Assembly (NCBI GenBank): GCA_905369775.1
Contig: CAJPJR010000002.1
Coordinates: forward strand, 44,427 to 108,426
Source of the DNA: Prevotellaceae bacterium UBA1746
GTDB lineage: Bacteria; Bacteroidota; Bacteroidia; Bacteroidales; Bacteroidaceae
DNA length: 64,000 nucleotides
Reading direction: 5' to 3'
Shown: one piece after another, positions 42,236 through 51,826 of the stretch
Layout: each line of letters begins with the position of its first letter
How positions within the stretch are numbered: position 1 is the first letter of the stretch
Made by a program: the position numbers and the translations under genes
The notes under the pieces: generated by a model
Database searches by the model: none
Told to the model about the DNA's origin: nothing
The model's input: the letters and a program-made list of their open reading frames with translations, nothing else

Positions 42236-42847
42236 TCAATCGAAGACCTTAAAGGTGTAGCCTTCGGACAGCAACCACTCGATGGATCGCGGCAGTGCCG
42301 TGCGGAGTTTGTCGATGCTCTTCAGGCTGTCGTGAAAAGTGATGATGCTTCCGGGACGCGCATAGCGACGCACGTTGGCAAACACCTCGTCGGCGTTGAG
42401 CCGCTTGGAGTAGTCGCGGGTTACAACGTCCCACATCACGACTTTGTAGTGGCGAAGGATGGCGAAATACTGCTTCCACTTCATCCAGCCGTGGGGCGGA
42501 CGGAACAGATCGGTGTGCAGATACTGATTGGCCTGCTCGACGTTGCGCACATACGAGCCGATGCCGTGCAGATGACCGCTGATGTGGTTGAATGTGTGGT
42601 TGCCCAAGCGGTGACCGCGGGCTTTCACCATTTCAAACTCGGCGGGATGCTTGCGAATGTTGTCGCCCACCATGAAGAACGTGGCCTTCACGCCGTAGCG
42701 GTCGAGGACATCGAGCACCCAGGGGGTGACTTCGGGAATGGGGCCGTCGTCGAACGTGAGGTAGACCGCGCGCTCCGAAGGATCCATCCGCCACAGGGCG
42801 TGGGGATAGAGCCAACGGAGAAAAAAGGCGGGTTGTTCGATGATCAT
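42236..42847 (-). CDS. polysaccharide deacetylase family protein (NodB homology domain)
   Basis: LTFDDGP...ATFFMVG...RLGNHTFNH contains NodB motifs 1-3. Confidence 0.85.
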   Translation of the reverse strand: MIIEQPAFFLRWLYPHALWRMDPSERAVYLTFDDGPIPEVTPWVLDVLDRYGVKATFFMVGDNIRKHPAEFEMVKARGHRLGNHTFNHISGHLHGIGSYVRNVEQANQYLHTDLFRPPHGWMKWKQYFAILRHYKVVMWDVVTRDYSKRLNADEVFANVRRYARPGSIITFHDSLKSIDKLRTALPRSIEWLLSEGYTFKVFD

Positions 42848-42862
42848 GCGCGGAGCGTGAAG

Positions 42863-45800
42863 TTAGAAATCACCGTCTCCTTCGTCTTCACCGCCATTGC
42901 CGGGGGCAGCAGCAGCGGCACGACGCGCATTCATCGCGGAGATGAGCACATGGCCGGCGGTGGTGCGCTGCAACTGGTCGATGCGCTTGGTGTAGACGCC
43001 GACAAGCGGTGACTTACACTTCTGCAAACCTTCGATGGCCATGCCCAAGATTTGATACTGCTGCATGATGTCGCCGGACATCGACGAGAGACGGCTTTCG
43101 GAGAAGCTGTTGTACCAGTCGAAATAGGCCAGCGAACGATCGGCCACGGCCTTCAAGATTCTTTCGGCCTGCTTGGTCTGGCCCAACTCGCGGTAGCATT
43201 CGGGCATCATCAGCAGACCGGTCTTCGAATCGATGCCGAGCGACCACACTTCGTAGGGCACTTGACGCTGAGGCAGCACTTGTTCGCATTTTTCCAAGGC
43301 CTTCAGGGCTTTGTCGCGCTTGCCTTCCTTGATCAACTGCTGGGCCAACTGGGCGAAACGCATGCGGTGCGTGTAGCAGGTGCGCATCACGGTTTGATCG
43401 ACGTAGACTTTCGGATCGGCAATGTGGCCGTAGCGGAACTTCTTCATGAAGTTGTCGTACATGCGTTCGGTGTCTACACCGCTGTCACCGAGTTTGAAGG
43501 GCGTGACACGGGCGGCCAAACCTTCGAGCATCAAGTAGTTGTCCAAACCGGCCTGGTTGTCGCCGCCGAGTGTGGTGCTCATGTAGAGCGGACGGGTCCA
43601 ATTGTGGTGAGCCAGCATTTCGTAGACCATCATCTCGCTCTTGGTGAGGATGCGCTTGCCGCGAAGCGAGATAAACATCTTGTCGGGGATGCTGTCCTTG
43701 CCGTGGGGGAGCTTCATTCCGCTGCGCAATACGGCGGCTTTGTCCACGGTCATGACAATGGAGTCGGTGGGCACAAAGCCAATCTCGGGATTACGCACGA
43801 AATTGTCGATGATGTATTTCAGTTCGAACGGATCGTCCTTCTTGCCCTCGGCTTGGAAATCGTGTTTGAGCTGGAGTAGCTGCTCTTTCGCCTCGGGTTT
43901 GATGAAGAACATGTCGTGTCCCATGTTGTCAACGTACTCCCAACGCTTCCAAGTGATGGGCAATGAGGGACTATTCCACGCCGGACGACGCATTTGATCG
44001 ATATACCAGTCGGTTTGCAGGTAGGAGAGGTTGCAAACGCGGGCGTCGGTGCGATGACCTTCCACGTCTTGGTTGTACCACAGGGGGAAGGTGTCGTTGT
44101 CGCCGTTGGTGAAGATGACGGGATCGCCCTTTTCATCGAGCGAATAGAGATAGTTCAAACCAAAATCGCGGGCGGCGGTGCGACCGGAGCGGTCATGGTC
44201 GTCCCAAGTCTGGCTGACCATCTGCAAAGGTACCGCCAAGGCGATGACCGAAGCGATGCCGGCGGAGGCAAGATGGGGCAATTTGCCGAAACGGCGCAAT
44301 CCTTCGACGATGGCCGCGATGCCCAAACCGATCCATATGGCAAAGGCGTAGAAAGAGCCCGCATAGGCGTAGTCACGTTCGCGCGGTTCGCTCGGGGTTT
44401 GGTTCAAATAGAGGATAATGGCCAAACCGGTCATGAAGAAGAGGAAGAAGACAACCCAGAACTGCTGGATGCCTTTCTTTCCGCGGTAGGCTTGCCAGAA
44501 CATGCCGAGGAGTCCGAGCAACAAGGGCAGGCAGTAGAACACGTTGTGTCCCTTGTTTTCGCGCAGATCGGCGGGGAGCTTCGACTGATCGCCGTAGAGG
44601 GCGTTGTCAATGAAGGGGATACCGGTGATCCACTGGCCGTGATCGAGCTCACCGTAGCTTTGTACGTCGTTCTGACGGCCGGCAAAATTCCACATAAAGT
44701 AGCGCCAATACATGAAATTCACCTGGTAGGAGAGGAAGAAGCGGAGGTTGTCCCACTGCGAAGGCATCTCGCCGGTGAAATCGTAGGATTGGCCGTCGTA
44801 TTCTCCGTGCACATCCACCGGTTTCGTGTCGATACCGCCCAACCATTGCTGGTAAAGACCGGCATGGGCGCGGGAGAACATGCGAGGGAAGAGCATTTTT
44901 TGTTCAGAAGGGTAAACGGGTTGGCCATTTACCTCGACAATGTCATATTTGTCGGACTCGTTCGCATTTTTCTTCTCGTGACGCTGCACGCTTTCCTCCT
45001 TGCCGTAACCCACAGCTTGCGAGGTAAAGGCCTCACCATAGAGGAGGGGTTTCTGACCATACTGCTCGCGGTTCAGGTAAGTGCCGAGCGAGAAGATGTC
45101 TTCGGGCGAGTTTTGGTCCATCGGCGTGTTTTGCGTGGAGCGCAACACGATGAGTGCGTAGGACGAATAGCCGATCATGAGCATCAACATGCAGAGCAGC
45201 GAGGTGTTGAGCGCGCGTTTGCGCACCACAAATTGGCCCTTTTTCTTCCAGCTCAGGAGGAGAGCCAGCACTGCCAGCACAAAGAAACCGAGCAACAGGG
45301 GCGTAACATAGCCTTTGCCGTAGAACGGAATGCCCAACATGCCCACACTGGCAACGTAAAGCGCGACGCTGAGTGTACGATTGTTTTGGAGGGTCGACCA
45401 CAAAGCGGCACTCACCACCGCAATCAAGGCGAGGATGTAGATGATCATACCGCTGTTGAACGGCAAACCAACCAAGTTGACGAAGAACAACTCGAACCAA
45501 CCGCCCACTTTCACGATGCCGGGAACCACACCATAGAGCACGGCGGCCACAAGAATCACGCTGAGAACGAGGGCAATGAGCGAACCTTTCAAATTGGCGT
45601 CGGGCCATTTCTTGTAATAGTAGACCAAGACGATGGCGGGCAAGCACAGCAAATTGAGCAAGTGCACGCCGATGGACAAGCCGGTGAGGTAGAAAATCAG
45701 CACAATCCAGCGATCGGCGTGCGGTGAATCCGCGTTGTCTTCCCACTTCAGGATGAGCCAGAACACCAAAGCCGTGAACATCGACGAATAGGCGTAGACT

Positions 45801-46234
45801 TCGCCTTCCACTGCGGAGAACCAGAACGTGTCGCTCCACGTGTAGGCCAAAGCACCGGCCAAGCCGCAGGCCAAAATCGTCACCGTTTGTCCCACGGTTT
45901 CGACGATGCCGTCGGTACAGAGCAACTTACGCGCCAAATGCGTGATGCTCCAGAACAAGAACAGGATACAGAAGGCCGAGAGCAGGGCACTCATCACATT
46001 GATCCAGTAGGCTACTTGCTCGGGACCCGAGGCAAAGAGCGAAAAGAACTTGCCCGTGAGCATGAAGAAGGGCGCTCCGGGCGGGTGACCCACTTCCAAT
46101 CGATAGGCCGTTGTGATGAATTCCGGACAGTCCCAGAACGATGCTGACGACTCGACCGTGGATACGTAGGTGAAGGCGGCCACTAAGAAGACCAACCAAC
46201 CCACGACGTTGTTGAGGAGTTTGAATTGTTTCAT
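42863..46234 (-). CDS. DUF2723 (TMEM260/PMT-like) polytopic membrane protein with C-terminal TPR region; putative protein glycosyl(mannosyl)transferase
   Basis: The MKQFKLL... start is preferred over the listed upstream Met. ASFWDCPEFITTAYRLEVGHPPGAPFF is the hallmark N-terminal DUF2723 motif; many TM helices; C-terminal soluble helical-repeat domain. Family assignment is from memory. Confidence 0.7.
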   Translation of the reverse strand: MKQFKLLNNVVGWLVFLVAAFTYVSTVESSASFWDCPEFITTAYRLEVGHPPGAPFFMLTGKFFSLFASGPEQVAYWINVMSALLSAFCILFLFWSITHLARKLLCTDGIVETVGQTVTILACGLAGALAYTWSDTFWFSAVEGEVYAYSSMFTALVFWLILKWEDNADSPHADRWIVLIFYLTGLSIGVHLLNLLCLPAIVLVYYYKKWPDANLKGSLIALVLSVILVAAVLYGVVPGIVKVGGWFELFFVNLVGLPFNSGMIIYILALIAVVSAALWSTLQNNRTLSVALYVASVGMLGIPFYGKGYVTPLLLGFFVLAVLALLLSWKKKGQFVVRKRALNTSLLCMLMLMIGYSSYALIVLRSTQNTPMDQNSPEDIFSLGTYLNREQYGQKPLLYGEAFTSQAVGYGKEESVQRHEKKNANESDKYDIVEVNGQPVYPSEQKMLFPRMFSRAHAGLYQQWLGGIDTKPVDVHGEYDGQSYDFTGEMPSQWDNLRFFLSYQVNFMYWRYFMWNFAGRQNDVQSYGELDHGQWITGIPFIDNALYGDQSKLPADLRENKGHNVFYCLPLLLGLLGMFWQAYRGKKGIQQFWVVFFLFFMTGLAIILYLNQTPSEPRERDYAYAGSFYAFAIWIGLGIAAIVEGLRRFGKLPHLASAGIASVIALAVPLQMVSQTWDDHDRSGRTAARDFGLNYLYSLDEKGDPVIFTNGDNDTFPLWYNQDVEGHRTDARVCNLSYLQTDWYIDQMRRPAWNSPSLPITWKRWEYVDNMGHDMFFIKPEAKEQLLQLKHDFQAEGKKDDPFELKYIIDNFVRNPEIGFVPTDSIVMTVDKAAVLRSGMKLPHGKDSIPDKMFISLRGKRILTKSEMMVYEMLAHHNWTRPLYMSTTLGGDNQAGLDNYLMLEGLAARVTPFKLGDSGVDTERMYDNFMKKFRYGHIADPKVYVDQTVMRTCYTHRMRFAQLAQQLIKEGKRDKALKALEKCEQVLPQRQVPYEVWSLGIDSKTGLLMMPECYRELGQTKQAERILKAVADRSLAYFDWYNSFSESRLSSMSGDIMQQYQILGMAIEGLQKCKSPLVGVYTKRIDQLQRTTAGHVLISAMNARRAAAAAPGNGGEDEGDGDF

Positions 46235-46622
46235 TTCACACTTGAGTGATAATGCAAATGATGGGTAGGATTGCTTTGAAAAGATCGCGATGTGCACGCA
46301 CCGACTGCGTCGAAATGGGGTTTCGACGCTAAGACGAGACGCGCTCTCGTGCAAAAATACAAATTACCACGGACTATTGCGATTCGCAACACGCTTTTTT
46401 TCACCGCGCTCGCCCCCTGATAATCAGAAGCAAAGCGCGTCATACACTCCGCGTACCGTGCTTTCCGACCACCGAACGCCGATACGCTCTCGATGAAATC
46501 GGGCAAAATGAAACGTCTTTTGGACTTTCGCACAAAATGTCCTACTTTTGTACACATCGAACGGGCATCTGTTTTTTTTCACCGCACCTGTCCGCCGCCG
46601 TTTCTCACTAACGCGCACCACC

Positions 46623-48050
46623 ATGGAAGCTCTTTTACATTATGCCTGGCAGCACCGGTTCTTTCTCCCCGAGCCGATGCGCACGACCGACGGTCTCCCG
46701 CTCGAAATCATCGACACGGGACTGCACAACCACGATGCCGGTCCCGATTTTTTCAATGCCAAAATCAAAATCGACGGACAACTCTGGGTGGGCAACATCG
46801 AAATCCACGATCGCTCGTCGGATTGGTATCGACATGGCCACGAAACCGACGAAAACTACAACAATGTTGTGCTGCATGTGGTACGCATGGCCGATTGCCC
46901 CGTCAAAACGGCGAGCGGACGCACCTTGCCCCAGTGGGAAATGGCGGTACCCGAAAAGCTGACCGCGCAGTTCGAAGCCTTGAGCACGGCACCTCACTAC
47001 CCTGCATGCCGAGAAATCATCGGAAACATCGAACCCTTCGCACAAAAATCATGGCTCGGTGCACTCACTGTCGAGCGCCTCGAACAGAAAACGGAACGTA
47101 TCTCACATTGGCTCCGCGAAACGGCGGGAGATTGGGAGCGCACCTTCTTTATCACCCTGGCGCGAGCCTTCGGCTTCGGGAAAAACGCCGAGGCCTTCCA
47201 ACTTTGGGCCGCAACCCTCGATCCGCAACACATGGCCAAGCACCGAGACGACGCTTTCCAGATAGAAGCACTCTTTTTCGGCCAAGCCGGACTTCTCGAT
47301 CCCGCTTTGTTGCAACCCACGCAACGCGACGAACATTTCTGCCGACTCGAAAAAGAATATCACTTTTTGAGACAGAAATTCATAATCTCCCCGATTTCAC
47401 CGAAAGAATGGCGTTTTCTGAGGCTTCGTCCGCAGAATTTTCCGCACGTGCGCCTTGCTCAAATGGCTGCACTCTACGTATCGGGGCATTTATCCTTTGC
47501 CGCCGTGAGAGAGTGCGAGGCGTTGGACGACTTGCGCAAGCATTTCATTTTCAATACACTACCCTATTGGGAAACGCACTACACATTCGGTGAAAAGGTG
47601 GGGAAAACAGCGAAAGACATTGACAATTCAAAAAACGCCATTGAGCTAAAAAACGCCGATTCCATCGATTCCGACGCCGGGAAGGAAGAAAAAAACGGTG
47701 CAACGCTGTCGGCTTCCGAAAAACAGAGGCAACCGAACGAAAAAAGGCGGGCGACTTGTCTTTCGCGCACCTCGATCGACCTGCTCTTCATCAATGCGGT
47801 CATCCCGACCCTGTTTGCCTATGCCCGCGCGCACCATGACGACGAACGCGCCGAGCGGGCTCTCGAATGGCTCGAGCAGCTCCGTCCCGAATCCAATGCC
47901 ACCGTGCGCGCATGGCAAGAAGCGGGAATCACCGCGCGACACGCTGCCGACTCACAGGCCTTGTTGCAATTGAAACAGCACTATTGCGATCGCAAAGATT
48001 GTTTGCGTTGTCGCTTCGGTGCCTACTTCATGCAGGCCGCGCCCCGCTAA
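46623..48050 (+). CDS. DUF2851 family protein (with Lys/Glu/Asp-rich low-complexity insertion)
   Basis: MEALLHYAWQHRFF...LHNHDAGPDFFNAKIKIDGQLWVGNIEIHDRSSDWYRHGH is the DUF2851 N-terminus; low-GC insertion around 47590-47760. Confidence 0.7.
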   Translation: MEALLHYAWQHRFFLPEPMRTTDGLPLEIIDTGLHNHDAGPDFFNAKIKIDGQLWVGNIEIHDRSSDWYRHGHETDENYNNVVLHVVRMADCPVKTASGRTLPQWEMAVPEKLTAQFEALSTAPHYPACREIIGNIEPFAQKSWLGALTVERLEQKTERISHWLRETAGDWERTFFITLARAFGFGKNAEAFQLWAATLDPQHMAKHRDDAFQIEALFFGQAGLLDPALLQPTQRDEHFCRLEKEYHFLRQKFIISPISPKEWRFLRLRPQNFPHVRLAQMAALYVSGHLSFAAVRECEALDDLRKHFIFNTLPYWETHYTFGEKVGKTAKDIDNSKNAIELKNADSIDSDAGKEEKNGATLSASEKQRQPNEKRRATCLSRTSIDLLFINAVIPTLFAYARAHHDDERAERALEWLEQLRPESNATVRAWQEAGITARHAADSQALLQLKQHYCDRKDCLRCRFGAYFMQAAPR

Positions 48051-48441
48051 TCGTCGTGCCTATGGAAAAGGTGCCGCATCCTCCCGCTGCACCAACGTTT
48101 GTCCGCCCTCCGCCGAACCATCTCCGCACAAACGGGTCGGCACCTCCACCTTCAGTCGATGGTTTGCGCCAATCGTCGCACTGCCCTCGCCCGCACTGCG
48201 CGCCCCGCCGGGCTAAAATGGGACCGGGATGGGAGGTGCGCCGAAAAAACGCCCGGATTTCGAAAAATAACGGGCGTGTTTTCTCCCAAAGTTCCCCATT
48301 TTCCCGTTTTGTCCCGCCGCTATGTTTCGTTCGCTCCCGACTTCGGTCTACAACACGTGTCGAACGAAATGCTTTCGGCCCACGGTGGGCGCGGCTCACC
48401 GAATACTCCGTTAGAACTCCCCGAAAATAAAACGCTACGAT

Positions 48442-48870
48442 ATGGAATTCATTTTCTCCTTCCCGATGCGTGTTCGTGACTACGAATGCGACATCCAGGG
48501 CATTGTGAACAATGCCAACTACCTGCACTATTTCGAAGTGTGTCGCCACGAGTTCATCGAATCGCGCGGCGTAGAATTTGCAGACTTGCATCGCCGCGGC
48601 ATCGATGTCGTCGTGGCGCAGGCCGAAATCAAGTTCAAACGCTCGCTGCGTCCGCGCGATCGTTTCGAAGTGCGCTTGGCCATCGAGAAACGTGGATTGC
48701 GCTACGTCTTTCACCAGGACATCGTGCGCAGTGCCGACGAGGCGCGTGCGGCAACCGACGCTTCCTATGCGAAAGACCAATTGTGCATTCGCGCGCAAAC
48801 CGACATTGTGGCCATCATAGACGGCCGTTTGTCTGATTGTGCGGAGCTCAACGAAAAATTTGGACTCTGA
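48442..48870 (+). CDS. acyl-CoA thioesterase, 4HBT/YbgC family
   Basis: VRDYECDIQGIVNNANYLHYFEVCRHEF is the hotdog-fold thioesterase motif. Confidence 0.85.
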   Translation: MEFIFSFPMRVRDYECDIQGIVNNANYLHYFEVCRHEFIESRGVEFADLHRRGIDVVVAQAEIKFKRSLRPRDRFEVRLAIEKRGLRYVFHQDIVRSADEARAATDASYAKDQLCIRAQTDIVAIIDGRLSDCAELNEKFGL

Positions 48871-49067
48871 GCACAAAAACTTTTCTCCGCCCACTCGCTC
48901 GCTTCGCGATCCCCTTCGAAGCACAGAAAGCCCGATTTCATCGACGGGCGAAACCTCTCCCCTTTGCGCAGCCGCTACTTTCGGTGCGCAGAGGGGCTTT
49001 TTCGTAGAGGGGCGCCGCCACATGCACCGTCCGCCGTCTGCCGTGAAATCATTATCTTTGCATAGTT

Positions 49068-50960
49068 ATGGATACGACTTTTCATTATGATGTCATTGTG
49101 ATCGGTGCCGGACACGCCGGATGCGAAGCGGCAAGTGCCGCAGCACGCATGGGTGCACGCACGGTGTTGATCACGATGGACATGAACAAAATAGCCCAAA
49201 TGAGCTGCAATCCGGCCGTCGGCGGCATTGCCAAAGGACAGATCGTCCGAGAGGTCGACGCACTGGGCGGACAAATGGGCGAAGTGACGGATGCCACCGC
49301 CGTGCAGTTTCGCATGCTCAACCGATCGAAGGGACCGGCCATGTGGAGTCCGCGCGCGCAGTGCGACCGCATCCGCTTCATCGGCGAATGGCGCCGACGC
49401 GTTGAAAACACCGACGGACTGGACATCTGGCAAGACGAGGTAACCGAAATTCTCACCCGCGACGGCCAAGCCTGCGGCGTGCGAACCATCTGGGGAGCGG
49501 AGTTTCGCGCGCCTTCCATCGTGATCACGGCCGGCACCTTCCTCAACGGGCTGATGCACATCGGACGCAAAACGGTGGCCGGCGGGCGCTGCGCCGAACC
49601 GGCCTCGACGTTTCTCACCGCTTCGCTCGCGGACTTGGGCATCGAGCACCAACGCATGAAAACCGGCACCCCGGTGCGCATCGATGCGCGCTCGGTGCAC
49701 TTCGATGAAATGGAGATTCAACCGGGCGAAAACGACTTCCATCGTTTTTCTTTCGTCTCCGATCATCGCCCCCTGCCCCAACTTCACTGCTGGACGTGCG
49801 AAACGAATCCCGAAGTGCACCGCGTGTTGCGATCGGGATTGGAGGATTCGCCGCTCTTCAACGGACAGATCCAATCCATCGGTCCGCGCTATTGTCCGTC
49901 GATCGAAACGAAGTTGGTCACTTTCGCCGGGCGCGACTCGCATCCCCTCTTTCTCGAACCCGAAGGCATCGACACCAACGAACTTTACCTGAACGGTTTT
50001 TCCTCGTCACTGCCGATGCATGTGCAGATCGAAGCCCTGAAACAAATTCCGTGCTTCCGCGATCTGCGCGTCTATCGTCCGGGCTATGCCATCGAATACG
50101 ACTTCTTCCCGCCGACTCAACTGCACCACACGCTCGAATCGAAGCGAGTGGGCGGTCTGTTCTTCGCCGGACAGGTCAACGGAACCACCGGCTACGAGGA
50201 GGCGGCGGGCCAGGGCATCGTGGCAGGTATCAATGCTGCACTGCGTTGCGCGGGGAATTCGTCCTTCACGTTGCGCCGCGACGAAGCTTACATCGGGGTA
50301 CTCATCGATGACTTGGTGACGAAAGGCGTGGACGAGCCTTATCGCATGTTCACCTCGCGCGCCGAGTATCGCATCCTCCTGCGCCAAGACAACGCCGACG
50401 CGCGACTCACACCTTATGCCGAACGTTTCGGCACGGCAACACCCGAACGTTGCCGACGCTTCCGCCAAAAACAAAATGCCATCGGGGCACTGCTCGAGGC
50501 GGCCCGCACCACTCACCTCAAACCGACGGAGGTCAACGCGCTCCTTGAGCGCAAAGGTTCGCAAACGCTGAAACACGGCGCAAAATTGTTCGAACTCATC
50601 GCGCGACCGGAGCTAAGTTTGTCCGACTTCCAAGCCTTGCGCGAGGTGCAAGCGGTCGATGCTTTTTTCCAACCGCTCGAACTTCTCGACACCGATCGAG
50701 ACGAAACGATCGAGGCGGCCGAGGTGCTCATCAAATACGACGGATACATTGCACGCGAAAGACAATTGGCCGACAAAATGCAGCGACTCGAGGATCTAAA
50801 AATCCGAGGTCGTTTCGACTACAACGCACTGACGCAACTCTCCACGGAGGCGCGTCAGAAACTCTCGGCCATCGACCCCGAAACCTTGGCTCAGGCTTCG
50901 CGCATCCCGGGCGTTTCGCCCTCGGACATTTCGGTGCTTTTGGTCCTCATGGGCCGCTGA
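49068..50960 (+). CDS. mnmG: tRNA uridine 5-carboxymethylaminomethyl modification enzyme MnmG (GidA)
   Basis: YDVIVIGAGHAGCEAA FAD motif; full-length GidA homology including C-terminal IPGVSPSDISVLLVLM. Confidence 0.95.
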   Translation: MDTTFHYDVIVIGAGHAGCEAASAAARMGARTVLITMDMNKIAQMSCNPAVGGIAKGQIVREVDALGGQMGEVTDATAVQFRMLNRSKGPAMWSPRAQCDRIRFIGEWRRRVENTDGLDIWQDEVTEILTRDGQACGVRTIWGAEFRAPSIVITAGTFLNGLMHIGRKTVAGGRCAEPASTFLTASLADLGIEHQRMKTGTPVRIDARSVHFDEMEIQPGENDFHRFSFVSDHRPLPQLHCWTCETNPEVHRVLRSGLEDSPLFNGQIQSIGPRYCPSIETKLVTFAGRDSHPLFLEPEGIDTNELYLNGFSSSLPMHVQIEALKQIPCFRDLRVYRPGYAIEYDFFPPTQLHHTLESKRVGGLFFAGQVNGTTGYEEAAGQGIVAGINAALRCAGNSSFTLRRDEAYIGVLIDDLVTKGVDEPYRMFTSRAEYRILLRQDNADARLTPYAERFGTATPERCRRFRQKQNAIGALLEAARTTHLKPTEVNALLERKGSQTLKHGAKLFELIARPELSLSDFQALREVQAVDAFFQPLELLDTDRDETIEAAEVLIKYDGYIARERQLADKMQRLEDLKIRGRFDYNALTQLSTEARQKLSAIDPETLAQASRIPGVSPSDISVLLVLMGR

Positions 50961-51173
50961 GCTCTCGGCGAGCGGGAACCTGCTCGGCGATTTCACCGAG
51001 TGCCTGCCGCCTTTTCAGCCACTTAGCTCGACCGGCTGCACCTTTACTTCAACCCCCTCGGGCTCTTTCGACGCAGGCGCCCCCATTTCTCGATGAAATC
51101 GGCCAAAATCGGCGTTTCAACCTGCGTTCCACGTGAAACAAACAACAAATATCAATCCCAATATCAGCGCTTT

Positions 51174-51710
51174 ATGAAAAAAGAATTGTTGCTCGCGCAC
51201 CTGCGAAACATTCCCGATTTTCCCAAGCCCGGCATCCAATTTAAGGACGTCTCCACCCTCTTCAAAAACGCCACCTGCCTAAAGGAAATGCGTGAGGAAT
51301 TGGTGCGCCTATATGCCGACAAAGGCATCACCAAAGTGGTGGGCATCGAGAGCCGCGGGTTCGTTATGGGCGGCATCCTCGCCGACGCACTCGGTGCCGG
51401 CTTTGTCATGTGCCGCAAACGCGGAAAGCTTCCGGGCGACACACGCACACAGACCTATTCCAAGGAATATGGCGAAGACGTCATCGAGATTCACACCGAC
51501 GCTTTCTCGCCCAATGACGTGGTACTCATCCACGATGATTTGCTCGCCACGGGCGGTTCGATGAAAGCGGCCATCGACCTCGTCGAATCCTTCGGCGTGA
51601 AGAAAATCTACGTCAATTTCCTCATTGAGCTCCGCATGGAAGGACTCGAAGGTAGAGAGTTCCTGGGCAACAAAGCGGAGCTGACCACGTTGCTCACGCT
51701 CTATAATTAA
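51174..51710 (+). CDS. apt: adenine phosphoribosyltransferase
   Basis: Internal ATG of ORF 51093..51710; PRPP-binding VLIHDDLLATGGS. Confidence 0.9.
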   Translation: MKKELLLAHLRNIPDFPKPGIQFKDVSTLFKNATCLKEMREELVRLYADKGITKVVGIESRGFVMGGILADALGAGFVMCRKRGKLPGDTRTQTYSKEYGEDVIEIHTDAFSPNDVVLIHDDLLATGGSMKAAIDLVESFGVKKIYVNFLIELRMEGLEGREFLGNKAELTTLLTLYN

Positions 51711-51826
51711 CCCCCGCCCAAGTATCGGGACGTGTTTCGCCGACGCGCGACAACACGTCCCGTTTTCATCGCACCACCCCACGCGTTACCGCCCCCAACG
51801 GGCACAACGACTCTACTCCCACAAAC

